From NCBI GenBank assembly GCA_038727095.1, contig JAVYWK010000006.1, positions 11,235 through 75,234 on the forward strand: a stretch of DNA of 64,000 bases, written 5' to 3'. The notes beneath the pieces are model-generated. The model made no database searches, was not told the DNA's origin, and was given only the letters and a program-made list of their open reading frames with translations. The DNA is from Thermofilaceae archaeon (lineage in GTDB: Archaea; Thermoproteota; Thermoprotei; Thermofilales; Thermofilaceae). A program made the translations under genes and the position numbers. This document shows positions 26,544 to 34,901 of this stretch, one piece after another (position 1 is the first letter of the stretch; every line of letters begins with the position of its first letter).

Positions 26544-27434
26544 ATGTCGTCAGTGAGCTTAATTCCAATTGAAAAGCTGTTCCCCTCTTCAGCCAACGTG
26601 AGGCTGTACGTCTCACCGGAGGCTGTGAGCAAGCTGGCGGAGGACATAGCCATGAGGGGCCTTCTGCACCCCCTGATCGTAAGGCCTGAAGGAAGCGGCT
26701 ACGGCGTCGTCTGCGGCCGCATGCGGCTCGAAGCGATAAGGCTCCTGAAGAAGGAAAAACCAGAAGTCTTCGAGAAGCTATTTCCGCAGGGTATACCCTG
26801 TGTAGTGAAGGAGCTGAGCGACACGGAGGCCCTCGAGTTGTCTCTCAGCGAGAACTTGAGGCAGAACACTTTGACACCGGAGGAGCGCGGCAGGGGTTTA
26901 GCTAGGCTCTACGAGATGGGCGCGAGCGAGGACGAGATCGCCGCAAGGCTACAGGTTGAGCTGGAGGAGATCAAGCGGTTCGTCCGCTTGTACGCGCGGT
27001 TGAGGGAGATCGCCCCCGTCGTAGCCGAGTCAAAGCCCGGTAGACCACGTGAAACCAAACCTAAAAAGAGGGTAAGTAGGACCGGTATGGTAAAAGTTGT
27101 GCGAGCGATTGAGGACCTCGCAGCACGTGGCGTGTTGAGGGAACCAGAGGAAACAGTGAGGAAGATAGCGGATTTAGCGGCGGAGAGAGGGCTAAGCACG
27201 AGTGAACTGGACATACTGGCTAGAAGGCTTAGAGAAAAACCTGAACTTGTACAAACACCCGAAAAGCTAGTGGAGGAGATATCAAGAGAGGAGATGGTGG
27301 AACGCGTAGTGCTCCTAAAGCGTCATGTTGTGGAGTACGTAGAGGCCTGGGCGAGCGAACGAGGTTTAACTTTTAGCGAGGCGCTCAACGAGATCATCGG
27401 TGAGTTCATCAGCCTGAAAAGGGCGGCAGCTTAA
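26544..27434 (+). CDS. parB: ParB/Spo0J family protein with C-terminal ribbon-helix-helix-like domain
   Basis: NVR, GLLHPLIVR, VVCGRMRLEA, LSENLRQNTLTPEE and an HTH; C-terminus RVVLLKRHVVEYVEAWASERGLTFSEALNEII. Confidence 0.9.
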   Translation: MSSVSLIPIEKLFPSSANVRLYVSPEAVSKLAEDIAMRGLLHPLIVRPEGSGYGVVCGRMRLEAIRLLKKEKPEVFEKLFPQGIPCVVKELSDTEALELSLSENLRQNTLTPEERGRGLARLYEMGASEDEIAARLQVELEEIKRFVRLYARLREIAPVVAESKPGRPRETKPKKRVSRTGMVKVVRAIEDLAARGVLREPEETVRKIADLAAERGLSTSELDILARRLREKPELVQTPEKLVEEISREEMVERVVLLKRHVVEYVEAWASERGLTFSEALNEIIGEFISLKRAAA

Positions 27435-27450
27435 CTCGGGTGACCCATTT

Positions 27451-28269
27451 GTGTCTATACTCGCTGACTCGATACTCGAAATCCTCGAGGAGAAGGGACA
27501 AGTAGCTGTTATCGGAAGTCATCCCGGGTTTAGAGAGAAAGTTATCGCTAATACGATCCAAGCCGCCGCTAAAGCTTATGGAGTGATCGCGGTCATTGAT
27601 TGGTACGGAGCGTACAACGTAGATGCGATACAAACTGTTGAGCCGACTTTACCTTACAGTAGCACAGCAAAATACCTCCCGCTCGCCGTCTCCTCAATGC
27701 ACGGCCTCTATAGGATTGGAGCATTAGTAGAGGGGCTTGTGTACGAAGCTGTGCAAAGTTCCGATAGTTTCCACCAAGTAGTATCGCGACTCGAAGCTCT
27801 TTCTACACGAAGAGTTTGGGCGCGCACGATCCTTTCAAAAATAGCGCTATTGAAAGATTATTTTGTAGAAAACATCATCCTACCGACTAAGTTTCGAGTA
27901 AACCTATTCAAGGCGCCGGTTTTGATCAGACGCCCCCTTTCTCAGCTTTGGGTAGCTCTCGTAAGTGAAACAGTAGCAGCGCAGAAAGGTTTGCTTGTTG
28001 TGAGTGAAGCTGGACGTGCGATTAAGCGTGGCTGGTGGGTCTGGAGTCTCATCGACGATGCTAGAGTAAGAGGGGCTAGGGTTTTACTAGCCGATAGTCG
28101 TCTCCTTAGAGCCTACCTGCAAAACGCTCTTGTTTTCACGGATTACAGGCCTGAAGAAGCACTGGCGGCACAAAGGTATAGGTTGCAAATACTGACTAAG
28201 AAGTGGGTGAAGGGGAAAGCCCTGCTGGTTAAAGATCCTGAAGAACCACGCTTACTCAATATAGAGTAG
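27451..28269 (+). CDS. Inactivated HerA/VirB4-like P-loop ATPase homologue
   Basis: VAVIGSHPGFREK (decayed Walker A), VIAVIDWYGAY (cf. VIDxHGEY), LLVVSEAGR (decayed Walker B) and ARVRGARVLLA (cf. gRKxG). Confidence 0.55.
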   Translation: MSILADSILEILEEKGQVAVIGSHPGFREKVIANTIQAAAKAYGVIAVIDWYGAYNVDAIQTVEPTLPYSSTAKYLPLAVSSMHGLYRIGALVEGLVYEAVQSSDSFHQVVSRLEALSTRRVWARTILSKIALLKDYFVENIILPTKFRVNLFKAPVLIRRPLSQLWVALVSETVAAQKGLLVVSEAGRAIKRGWWVWSLIDDARVRGARVLLADSRLLRAYLQNALVFTDYRPEEALAAQRYRLQILTKKWVKGKALLVKDPEEPRLLNIE

Positions 28270-28275
28270 AGAATT

Positions 28276-28394
28276 TGGCGGGCCCGCCGGGATTCGAACC
28301 CGGGATTTCCGTGCGGTTCGATAGGCCGCTCTCCGGCTTAGGAGGCCTACGCAGCCTTGCGGCTTCGGCGCCTTTCCAGCTAGGCCACGGGCCC
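28276..28394 (-). tRNA. tRNA-Arg(CCU) with two non-canonical introns (19 nt at ~29/30; 24 nt at ~45/46) and encoded CCA
   Basis: GGGCCCG TG GCCT AGCTGGAA AGGC G CCG[19 nt]GC CTCCTAA GCCGG AG[24 nt]ATC CCGGG TTCGAAT CCCGG CGGGCCC G CCA. Removing both inserts gives a 76-nt cloverleaf. Confidence 0.92.
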
Positions 28395-28401
28395 TTTTAG
28401 A

Positions 28402-28450
28402 GGGTCCTCAGCTGAGGGCGCGCATTAGCGCGCCGATCTTCATCGGACCC
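28402..28450 (-). ncRNA. Candidate K-turn / box C/D-like small RNA immediately upstream of tRNA-Arg
   Basis: GGGTCC G ATGAAGA TC GGCGCGC TAAT GCGCGCC CTCAG CTGA GGACCC: 6-bp terminal stem, box C-like ATGAAGA, box D CTGA and an internal hairpin. TTAAAT box at 28473-28478. Confidence 0.55.
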
Positions 28451-28503
28451 GTGAGGGACACTAAGCATTTAGATTTAAGCCTTGCTCTAACCATCTGACA
28501 CGC

Positions 28504-30738
28504 ATGAAATCGAGGTTTCTGGTGGTGATCCTCGCAGCGGTGTTGACCGTAGGAGTAACCGTGTTATATGTCAGGCTCAGTACTCATGATGTAATGGCGC
28601 GGCACCCGGTGCGGGTTGAGATGACCGAGCCTCTGCCTCAGGTAGTAGAGCTTTACTCACCAGTAGAGATTATTTTGAATGTTACGGCCTACTACGCTAA
28701 CCCCTTCGATCCGAGCGATATCGATGTGGTAATGGTACTAAGAACGCCTGAAGGTGAGGTTATCACTGTACCTGCATTCTACTACCAGGAATTTAGGAGG
28801 AGCTTAGTATCGGGGGTTGAGCAGTTGGTAGCGGTTGGCACGCCGGCTTGGAAGATTCGATACACACCCAGTAAAGTTGGTCGTCACGAGTTTTCCATCG
28901 AGGTGAAGACGCGCTCGGGAGATGGTGCCAAAGCAGGGCCGTACTACTTCGATGTGATCCCCTCCGGTAAAAGAGGGTTCGTGAGAGTTGCAGAGGACCA
29001 ACAGTATTTCATCTTTGATGACGGAAGCTCGCAGTTTTTCATAGGGCTGAATGTATGCTGGTCGGGTAACAGGGGGACCTACGACTATGATGAGTGGTTC
29101 AAAGCCCTATCGATGGCGGGGGTGAACCTGGTGAGAATATGGATGGCGCCTTGGAGATTCGGGATAGAGTGGAGGGAGCTGGGCCGCTACGATCTCAGAG
29201 AGGCTTGGAGGCTCGACTACGTGGTCAAGCTGGCTGAGACGTACGACATCTACATCATCCTATGTCTCATGAACCACGGTCAACTCTCGACTTCAGTCAA
29301 CCCTCAGTGGAGCGAGAATCCGTATAATAAAGCTAGGGGAGGCCCTCTTGCTAAGCCGGAGGAGTTCTGGACTAACGAGGAGGCGAGGGAGCTCTTTAAG
29401 AGGAGGTTGAGGTACATAGTCGCTAGATGGGGCTACTCAACCCACATCCTAGCCTGGGAATTGTGGAACGAGGTGGACCTAACCGACAATTACGAGGCCG
29501 TGAGAGAGGAGGTGGCACAGTGGCACAAAGAGATGGCGGAGTACATCAAAGGCATCGATCCGTACAAGCGACCAGTTACTACGAGCTTCGCGAACCCCAA
29601 CCTCGACCCCCTAATCTGGTCGTTAGACTCGATAGATTTCACCACCGTCCACAAGTACGGCCCAGAGGGGTTCCAGGATCTCCCTGGGACGCTCTACAGC
29701 CTAGTTGTTAAAAAGAGGGAGATACACAGAAAACCCGTACTGGTTGCAGAGTTCGGCATTGATTGGAGATGGTGGGACACCCCCCTCTACCTCCACGATA
29801 GAGAGGGCGTGGGGCTTCATGATGGCCTCTGGGCAGCCATAATGGCTGGCTCACCGGCTACAGGGATGTCGTGGTGGTGGGACAATTACATACACCCATA
29901 CAACCTCTATTACCACTTCAAAGCGATCTCCGAGTTCCTGAAAGGGGTGCAACCTGCCGGCTTAGGTCTCAGGACACTTGAGGCGACCGTAACTTCGCTG
30001 GCGGCGGAGCCTGGCGTAACGGATGTAACAGTATTCCCATCGCTAGGCTGGGCTAGGCCAGCCTCCAACTACTTCGTCATCAAGCTTGACGGGACGATCG
30101 AGGGTGATACAACTCAAATCCCCGCGTTCATTCAGGGGAGAGCGCACCCCACACTAAGGAACAACCCAACCTTTAGGGCTACTTTCCCGCAGGGTGGTAG
30201 AGTAGTCGTTAGAGTCAACTCCGTTTCCAGAGCCGGAGCCCGGCTGGCTATCTACTTAAACAACGAGCTCGTCAAACAGGTGGATCTACCCGACCGTGAC
30301 GGCAAGTACGATGCTTTCGTGAGGGAATACGACTTGGACGTCGCAGTCGACGTACCACCTGGCACTCACGAAGTTAGGATAGACAACTTGGGGGCTGATT
30401 GGTACACGATCGATTACTTGCGCTTTGAAGGAGCGGCACTTGCTACGGCAAAGGTTAGAGTATCCGGCCTGACCAACGGAACTTTAGTCCTAGCCTGGGT
30501 TAAGAACGTCGAGTGGAGCTGGTGGAACATCTTGAATAATAAGAGTGTTGAGCCAGCTAGAAGCCTAGTAGTAACTATGCATGGGCTGCAAGATGGCCTA
30601 TACAGAGTGGATCTCTTCGATACAAGATCGGGTTCGGTTGTGCGATCGTGGACGGCCGAAGCCAAGGATGGAGTGATGGAGGTTTACGTAGGCGACGTAA
30701 CTGACGACATCGCAGTTCGCGCCGTAAAGGTGGGATGA
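28504..30738 (+). CDS. Membrane-anchored clan GH-A (GH5-like) glycoside hydrolase with N-terminal DUF5060-like Ig domain and C-terminal CBM-like domain
   Basis: N-terminal TM, NPFDP...V.AFY, RYIVARWGYS, WELWNE (acid/base) and VLVAEFG (nucleophile). Confidence 0.82.
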   Translation: MKSRFLVVILAAVLTVGVTVLYVRLSTHDVMARHPVRVEMTEPLPQVVELYSPVEIILNVTAYYANPFDPSDIDVVMVLRTPEGEVITVPAFYYQEFRRSLVSGVEQLVAVGTPAWKIRYTPSKVGRHEFSIEVKTRSGDGAKAGPYYFDVIPSGKRGFVRVAEDQQYFIFDDGSSQFFIGLNVCWSGNRGTYDYDEWFKALSMAGVNLVRIWMAPWRFGIEWRELGRYDLREAWRLDYVVKLAETYDIYIILCLMNHGQLSTSVNPQWSENPYNKARGGPLAKPEEFWTNEEARELFKRRLRYIVARWGYSTHILAWELWNEVDLTDNYEAVREEVAQWHKEMAEYIKGIDPYKRPVTTSFANPNLDPLIWSLDSIDFTTVHKYGPEGFQDLPGTLYSLVVKKREIHRKPVLVAEFGIDWRWWDTPLYLHDREGVGLHDGLWAAIMAGSPATGMSWWWDNYIHPYNLYYHFKAISEFLKGVQPAGLGLRTLEATVTSLAAEPGVTDVTVFPSLGWARPASNYFVIKLDGTIEGDTTQIPAFIQGRAHPTLRNNPTFRATFPQGGRVVVRVNSVSRAGARLAIYLNNELVKQVDLPDRDGKYDAFVREYDLDVAVDVPPGTHEVRIDNLGADWYTIDYLRFEGAALATAKVRVSGLTNGTLVLAWVKNVEWSWWNILNNKSVEPARSLVVTMHGLQDGLYRVDLFDTRSGSVVRSWTAEAKDGVMEVYVGDVTDDIAVRAVKVG

Positions 30739-31434
30739 TTGTTTTCTAGGTATGCAGCCTTGGTTAAGAACCTAAGAGGCGTTGTACTGCTGAACCCTAA
30801 TGAGGAAGGTGCTTTAGATACGGTAAAATGGTTATCTAAAAGATTCAAATATAGAAACCTTGGGTTGACCCCCTCGTCTGTGAAAGCTCTTGGCGGCAGA
30901 GTCTTTAGACCCTTCAGGGAGCTGACGTACCCGGTAAAGCCGTTAGAGGCTCTTGTAGCCTCGCTCTGCCGGAGAGGGATGCCCCCAGAGATCTCTGAGC
31001 TGCTAGTTTTTGCCTCATCATATGCCTCTCCCGCGCTACTCGTCGGATCAACGTACGTAAGTGCACTTGAAGAAATCAAGGTTGACGAGGTCAGGGTTTG
31101 TGGGAATCTGAGCGTGTCGGATTGGAAGCTGCACTTACGAATTGCAGATTACACTGTTCTCGACATGTATGATGTATGTGTCGAAGAGGCGCTCACGGTT
31201 CTCAGGGATCCGAGCGTTCTCCCCAGGATAACCGCGGGAAGGAGGGAGAGGGTAGCTAAAGATAAGAGGCGTTATTGGAGGATCGCTTGCGAGAGCGGAT
31301 CCCCTCTCATCATCTACATCGACAACCTCTCGGTTGCAGCGAAACTGGGGGTGTTTGAGGGAGAAATTTATGAGGATTGGGCGGCGGCGCTCAGCGTGGT
31401 AGCCGTGGTCTGCATTCCAGCCGGGCTGGGGTAG
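30739..31434 (+). CDS. Hypothetical protein
   Basis: 231-aa ORF filling the gap between the glycosidase and the helicase; no motif recognised. Confidence 0.65.
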   Translation: MFSRYAALVKNLRGVVLLNPNEEGALDTVKWLSKRFKYRNLGLTPSSVKALGGRVFRPFRELTYPVKPLEALVASLCRRGMPPEISELLVFASSYASPALLVGSTYVSALEEIKVDEVRVCGNLSVSDWKLHLRIADYTVLDMYDVCVEEALTVLRDPSVLPRITAGRRERVAKDKRRYWRIACESGSPLIIYIDNLSVAAKLGVFEGEIYEDWAAALSVVAVVCIPAGLG

Positions 31435-31469
31435 CGAAAAGTACTTCCCCTCCTCCTCGAACTCAGCGC

Positions 31470-34400
31470 ATGGTCTTAGACAGCCGCCAGCTGTTTGAGG
31501 CTCTCAAGCTTGCGTACCTTTACAGAGAGGAAGAAGGGTGCGAACCTACCAGAACCAACGTCACGTTCGACGAGCTGCTCCACGAGTTGAAAGAATCTCA
31601 CCTGGGTGCTGAACGCCTTTACCTTCACCAGCTGGAGGCACTAAGGGAGCTTGAAGCTGGCAAGAACGTGATACTGATCGCCGGGACGGGAAGCGGTAAA
31701 ACGGAGGCTTGGTTCCTCTACGCTGCTAGGCGAAGGATCCCAACCCTAGCCCTCTACCCTACTCTAGCCCTCGCTAACGACCAGGTTCAAAGGCTGAGCA
31801 TCTACTGCTCGCTACTTGGCGTAGAACTCCTTCAGCTAGACTCGCCGACGCTGCAGGCAGCCGGAGCTCCCGGTAGAAGGACTTTGCGAGAAAAGCTGCG
31901 CAACGCCCTAGTCGTGGCCAGTAACCCTGCCTTTCTACTGCAAGACTTGAAAAGGTATGGAGCAACACCCCAAAGGGGGTTCATAGCGCCGAATCTGAAC
32001 CGATTCGGCCTGCTTGTCCTTGATGAGCTCGACTTCTACAGCCCGCGGGAACTGTCGATAATCCTAGGCATGCTGAGGGTTTTCTCAGAAATGGGGTGGC
32101 AGCCGCAAGTGGCCGTGCTGACTGCAACGCTCAGTAACCCCGGAGAGATGGCCGAATTGCTGAAAGAGGTCAATGGGCGCGATTCCGCTATCGTTAAGGG
32201 GGCCCCCTTCCGCGTCCCAAACCGGTTATACGTGGTTCTCGGCAAAGATTTGGAGAAGCTGAGGATGATGATCTTAGAGAGGATCGGTGACGTGAGCAGA
32301 CTGAACCTGGGTGAAGACGTTAAAAGGGCCCTCTTAGACGCAGAAGAGTTCAAGCGGAACGCTTACAAGGTGGTACTAGCGCTGAGATCAGCTGGCGTTG
32401 AAGTAGAATTCCCACACTTCGATCCTGTAGAGCTGTTGGCTAATTACGCGGAGGATGAGGGTGTCACGTTAGTCTTCGCCCGCAGTATAAACACGGCAGA
32501 GGAGGTGGTACGTAGAATAAAGCAGAGCCTAGGCGAGAGATCCAGCGCAGTTGCCGTTCACCACCACTTGGTGTCAAAGGAGGAGCGCAGGGTCGTCGAA
32601 GAGGGGGCTCGCCTCGGAAAAGTTAAGGTGTTAGTAACACCGCGCACTCTGGTTCAAGGAATAGATATAGGGAGCATCGTCAGGGTAGTCCACCTCGGGC
32701 TGCCCGATGACGTGAGAGAGTTCTGGCAGCGAGAGGGTAGAAAGGGGAGGAGGGCGAACATCCCGTTCACGGAGAGCATCATAATCCCCTTCACGAGATG
32801 GGATCGGGAACTCCTCAGTAGGGGGCTGAACGCCCTCGACAAGTGGCTCAGACTCCCCCTCGAGAGGACTATCGTTAACAGAGACAACAAGTATGCTGTG
32901 CTATTCACCGGCCTTTTCAAGCTTGCTGCCTCGCGAAGCTTGAATCTGAAGCCTTCAGAGCTCGAAATACGCCTACTCCAGGAGCTCGGCTTGTCGAAGG
33001 GCCTCGAGTTGACCGCTAGGGGTAAGCGCACCTGGCACAGGCTTAACTTCTATGAGTACGGCCCTCCGTACGGCGTTAAACGAATTAAGATTTCTGAGGA
33101 GGGAGTGGAATACATGCAGGAGGCCTCACACGTGGATGTTGTGGAGAAACTGCAGCCGGGCTGCTTCGATTACACCTCGGATCTGCTAGTTACAAACCTG
33201 AGGGTTACGAAGAGTAGGTGGGTAACGGTTGTCGAAGAGGAGAAAATGACTTTTCAGAACATCTACAAGCACGAGTTCCTGGCTCAAGCCTATGAAGAGT
33301 ACAGAAGGGTAAAGGCACGCTGGGGTGAGAGAACTGACTTCTGGAGGGATTACAATAGGGGGCTGTTGCGCTCAGAGGTCATTTGCACGATGCATCCCCC
33401 CCTTAACGGTTTCGGCCTCTACTTGGAGGTACCCTACAGGGTGATCTGGATCGTCGACGGAGAAGGAGTACGAGCTAGCACCGTGGGCGGTAAGACCTAC
33501 ATTTACAGGCCGAGAAGGGTGGTGGATGTCCCCTCAACAACGATGGGGAGGTACGAGGACTATAGTTACGGCAGGCTCTACGAGCTCGAACCCACGATAA
33601 ACCTAGACTTGGCGAGGCTGGGGCTCGTGCTTATGAAGATCGTTCTCAGGAGGGTTTTCTCCATCGGATTGAAGAGGATCAGCTACAGCCTTTCAGCTGT
33701 AGGCAGCAGGAAGGTTATGGTGCTCTTCGAGGATGACGCGGCCGGCCTCATCGAGAAGCTCGACTGGTCGGAAGTTAGGAAAGCGATTGAAGATTATCAA
33801 CCCGACGAGCTTGACGAGATACTGATAGAAACCGTGGACGATTTGGCGTACGCCAAGTTCGTTGAAATCGGGTTCCGCTGGGATCTTGTTAAGCAGCACG
33901 CTCTCGCTGTGCTTGACACTATCATATCATATGAGCGCGTAAAGCTCCACTTCAGTGGGGTAGAAGTTAGTGTTCCGAAGCCCTCAAAATCACTGAAGCT
34001 CCTCTCATTGGATGCTCTAAGGCTACCGCTCGTCGAGGATGGGGAGGTCGCTTTAGTGTTCGTCGCCGCGTTCGACGGGGAGGAGGTAAAAACCTTCAAG
34101 CTCCTTAAGGAGTTCCACCTGACGGATCCCGCCTCAGCCTTACTGGTTCAGACGATAGCTGATTACGTAAACAGGGGCTTCAGGGTGTTAGCTCACGAAG
34201 CTGAGCGTCTACTCGAAGATCTAGCCGCTAGCAATCTAGCCGGCCTGAAGGCTCTCCTCTCCGGGTTGAAAGAGGAGGGTGAGCTGGTGGATACCGCGGT
34301 TCTAGTGCAGACAGTGACAGGCCATAAGGTGAGCGCGGACGAGCTTGCCATACTCCTCGGTTTGAGTTTAAAGGTTGGGTTGAACGATGTTAGAAGAGAA

Positions 34401-34619
34401 TACGAAGAATCGCTAAGGAGAATTAGAACCCTACCCTACTCTAGATGGCTGTCATTCACCCAATACCTCTCCATAAAGGCTGAGCAATACCTCAGCGAGA
34501 GAGTACGCAACATGTACATGTGCTTCCTAGCGCTTTCCCAGCTTGCAGCTTGGGGAAAAAGAAATAAGCTCGTAGTGGAGCGAGATTACGATGGAAGCTA
34601 CAGCGAAAAGGATCGCTGA
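31470..34619 (+). CDS. SF2 DEAD/DEAH-box helicase, YprA/SftH/Hrq1-like, with C-terminal degenerate RNase H/YprB-like domain
   Basis: LYLHQ (Q motif), GTGSGKT, YPTLALANDQ, LDELD, TAT, TLVQGIDIG and WQREGRKGR; likely start ATG 31470. Confidence 0.88.
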   Translation: MVLDSRQLFEALKLAYLYREEEGCEPTRTNVTFDELLHELKESHLGAERLYLHQLEALRELEAGKNVILIAGTGSGKTEAWFLYAARRRIPTLALYPTLALANDQVQRLSIYCSLLGVELLQLDSPTLQAAGAPGRRTLREKLRNALVVASNPAFLLQDLKRYGATPQRGFIAPNLNRFGLLVLDELDFYSPRELSIILGMLRVFSEMGWQPQVAVLTATLSNPGEMAELLKEVNGRDSAIVKGAPFRVPNRLYVVLGKDLEKLRMMILERIGDVSRLNLGEDVKRALLDAEEFKRNAYKVVLALRSAGVEVEFPHFDPVELLANYAEDEGVTLVFARSINTAEEVVRRIKQSLGERSSAVAVHHHLVSKEERRVVEEGARLGKVKVLVTPRTLVQGIDIGSIVRVVHLGLPDDVREFWQREGRKGRRANIPFTESIIIPFTRWDRELLSRGLNALDKWLRLPLERTIVNRDNKYAVLFTGLFKLAASRSLNLKPSELEIRLLQELGLSKGLELTARGKRTWHRLNFYEYGPPYGVKRIKISEEGVEYMQEASHVDVVEKLQPGCFDYTSDLLVTNLRVTKSRWVTVVEEEKMTFQNIYKHEFLAQAYEEYRRVKARWGERTDFWRDYNRGLLRSEVICTMHPPLNGFGLYLEVPYRVIWIVDGEGVRASTVGGKTYIYRPRRVVDVPSTTMGRYEDYSYGRLYELEPTINLDLARLGLVLMKIVLRRVFSIGLKRISYSLSAVGSRKVMVLFEDDAAGLIEKLDWSEVRKAIEDYQPDELDEILIETVDDLAYAKFVEIGFRWDLVKQHALAVLDTIISYERVKLHFSGVEVSVPKPSKSLKLLSLDALRLPLVEDGEVALVFVAAFDGEEVKTFKLLKEFHLTDPASALLVQTIADYVNRGFRVLAHEAERLLEDLAASNLAGLKALLSGLKEEGELVDTAVLVQTVTGHKVSADELAILLGLSLKVGLNDVRREYEESLRRIRTLPYSRWLSFTQYLSIKAEQYLSERVRNMYMCFLALSQLAAWGKRNKLVVERDYDGSYSEKDR

Positions 34620-34866
34620 GCTTCTATCCGAAAGAGGATACGAAGTCACGCTAAATCTGGGTGAGCAACCCGAACTCATTGTGAAGAAAAATTCGCTGAC
34701 GGTTTACGTGTTACTGGCTGGCCGCTACGCTAAGCTGGAGAAGCTCTACGTCAGGCCAGCGCGCGGAAGCGGAGTAACCGTTGTAAACTGCGAAGATATC
34801 ACCCGCGTGTGCGAGTGCGTGGAAAGGCTGATTAAAGCACTAGAGTTCGAGGAAAGTCAAGCGTGA
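34591..34866 (+). CDS. Small hypothetical protein
   Basis: 91 aa, overlapping the helicase end. Confidence 0.6.
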   Translation: MEATAKRIAELLSERGYEVTLNLGEQPELIVKKNSLTVYVLLAGRYAKLEKLYVRPARGSGVTVVNCEDITRVCECVERLIKALEFEESQA

Positions 34867-34901
34867 GCACTTATTAATCCATCCAATTTGGTTGGGCGTT
34901 G

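Noticed and set aside
772-28276. Active integrated element (ICE or provirus) at tRNA-Arg
   Set aside because: I found no duplicate of the tRNA 3' end, and no intact integrase, relaxase, replication or virion genes. At most this is an ancient domesticated element.
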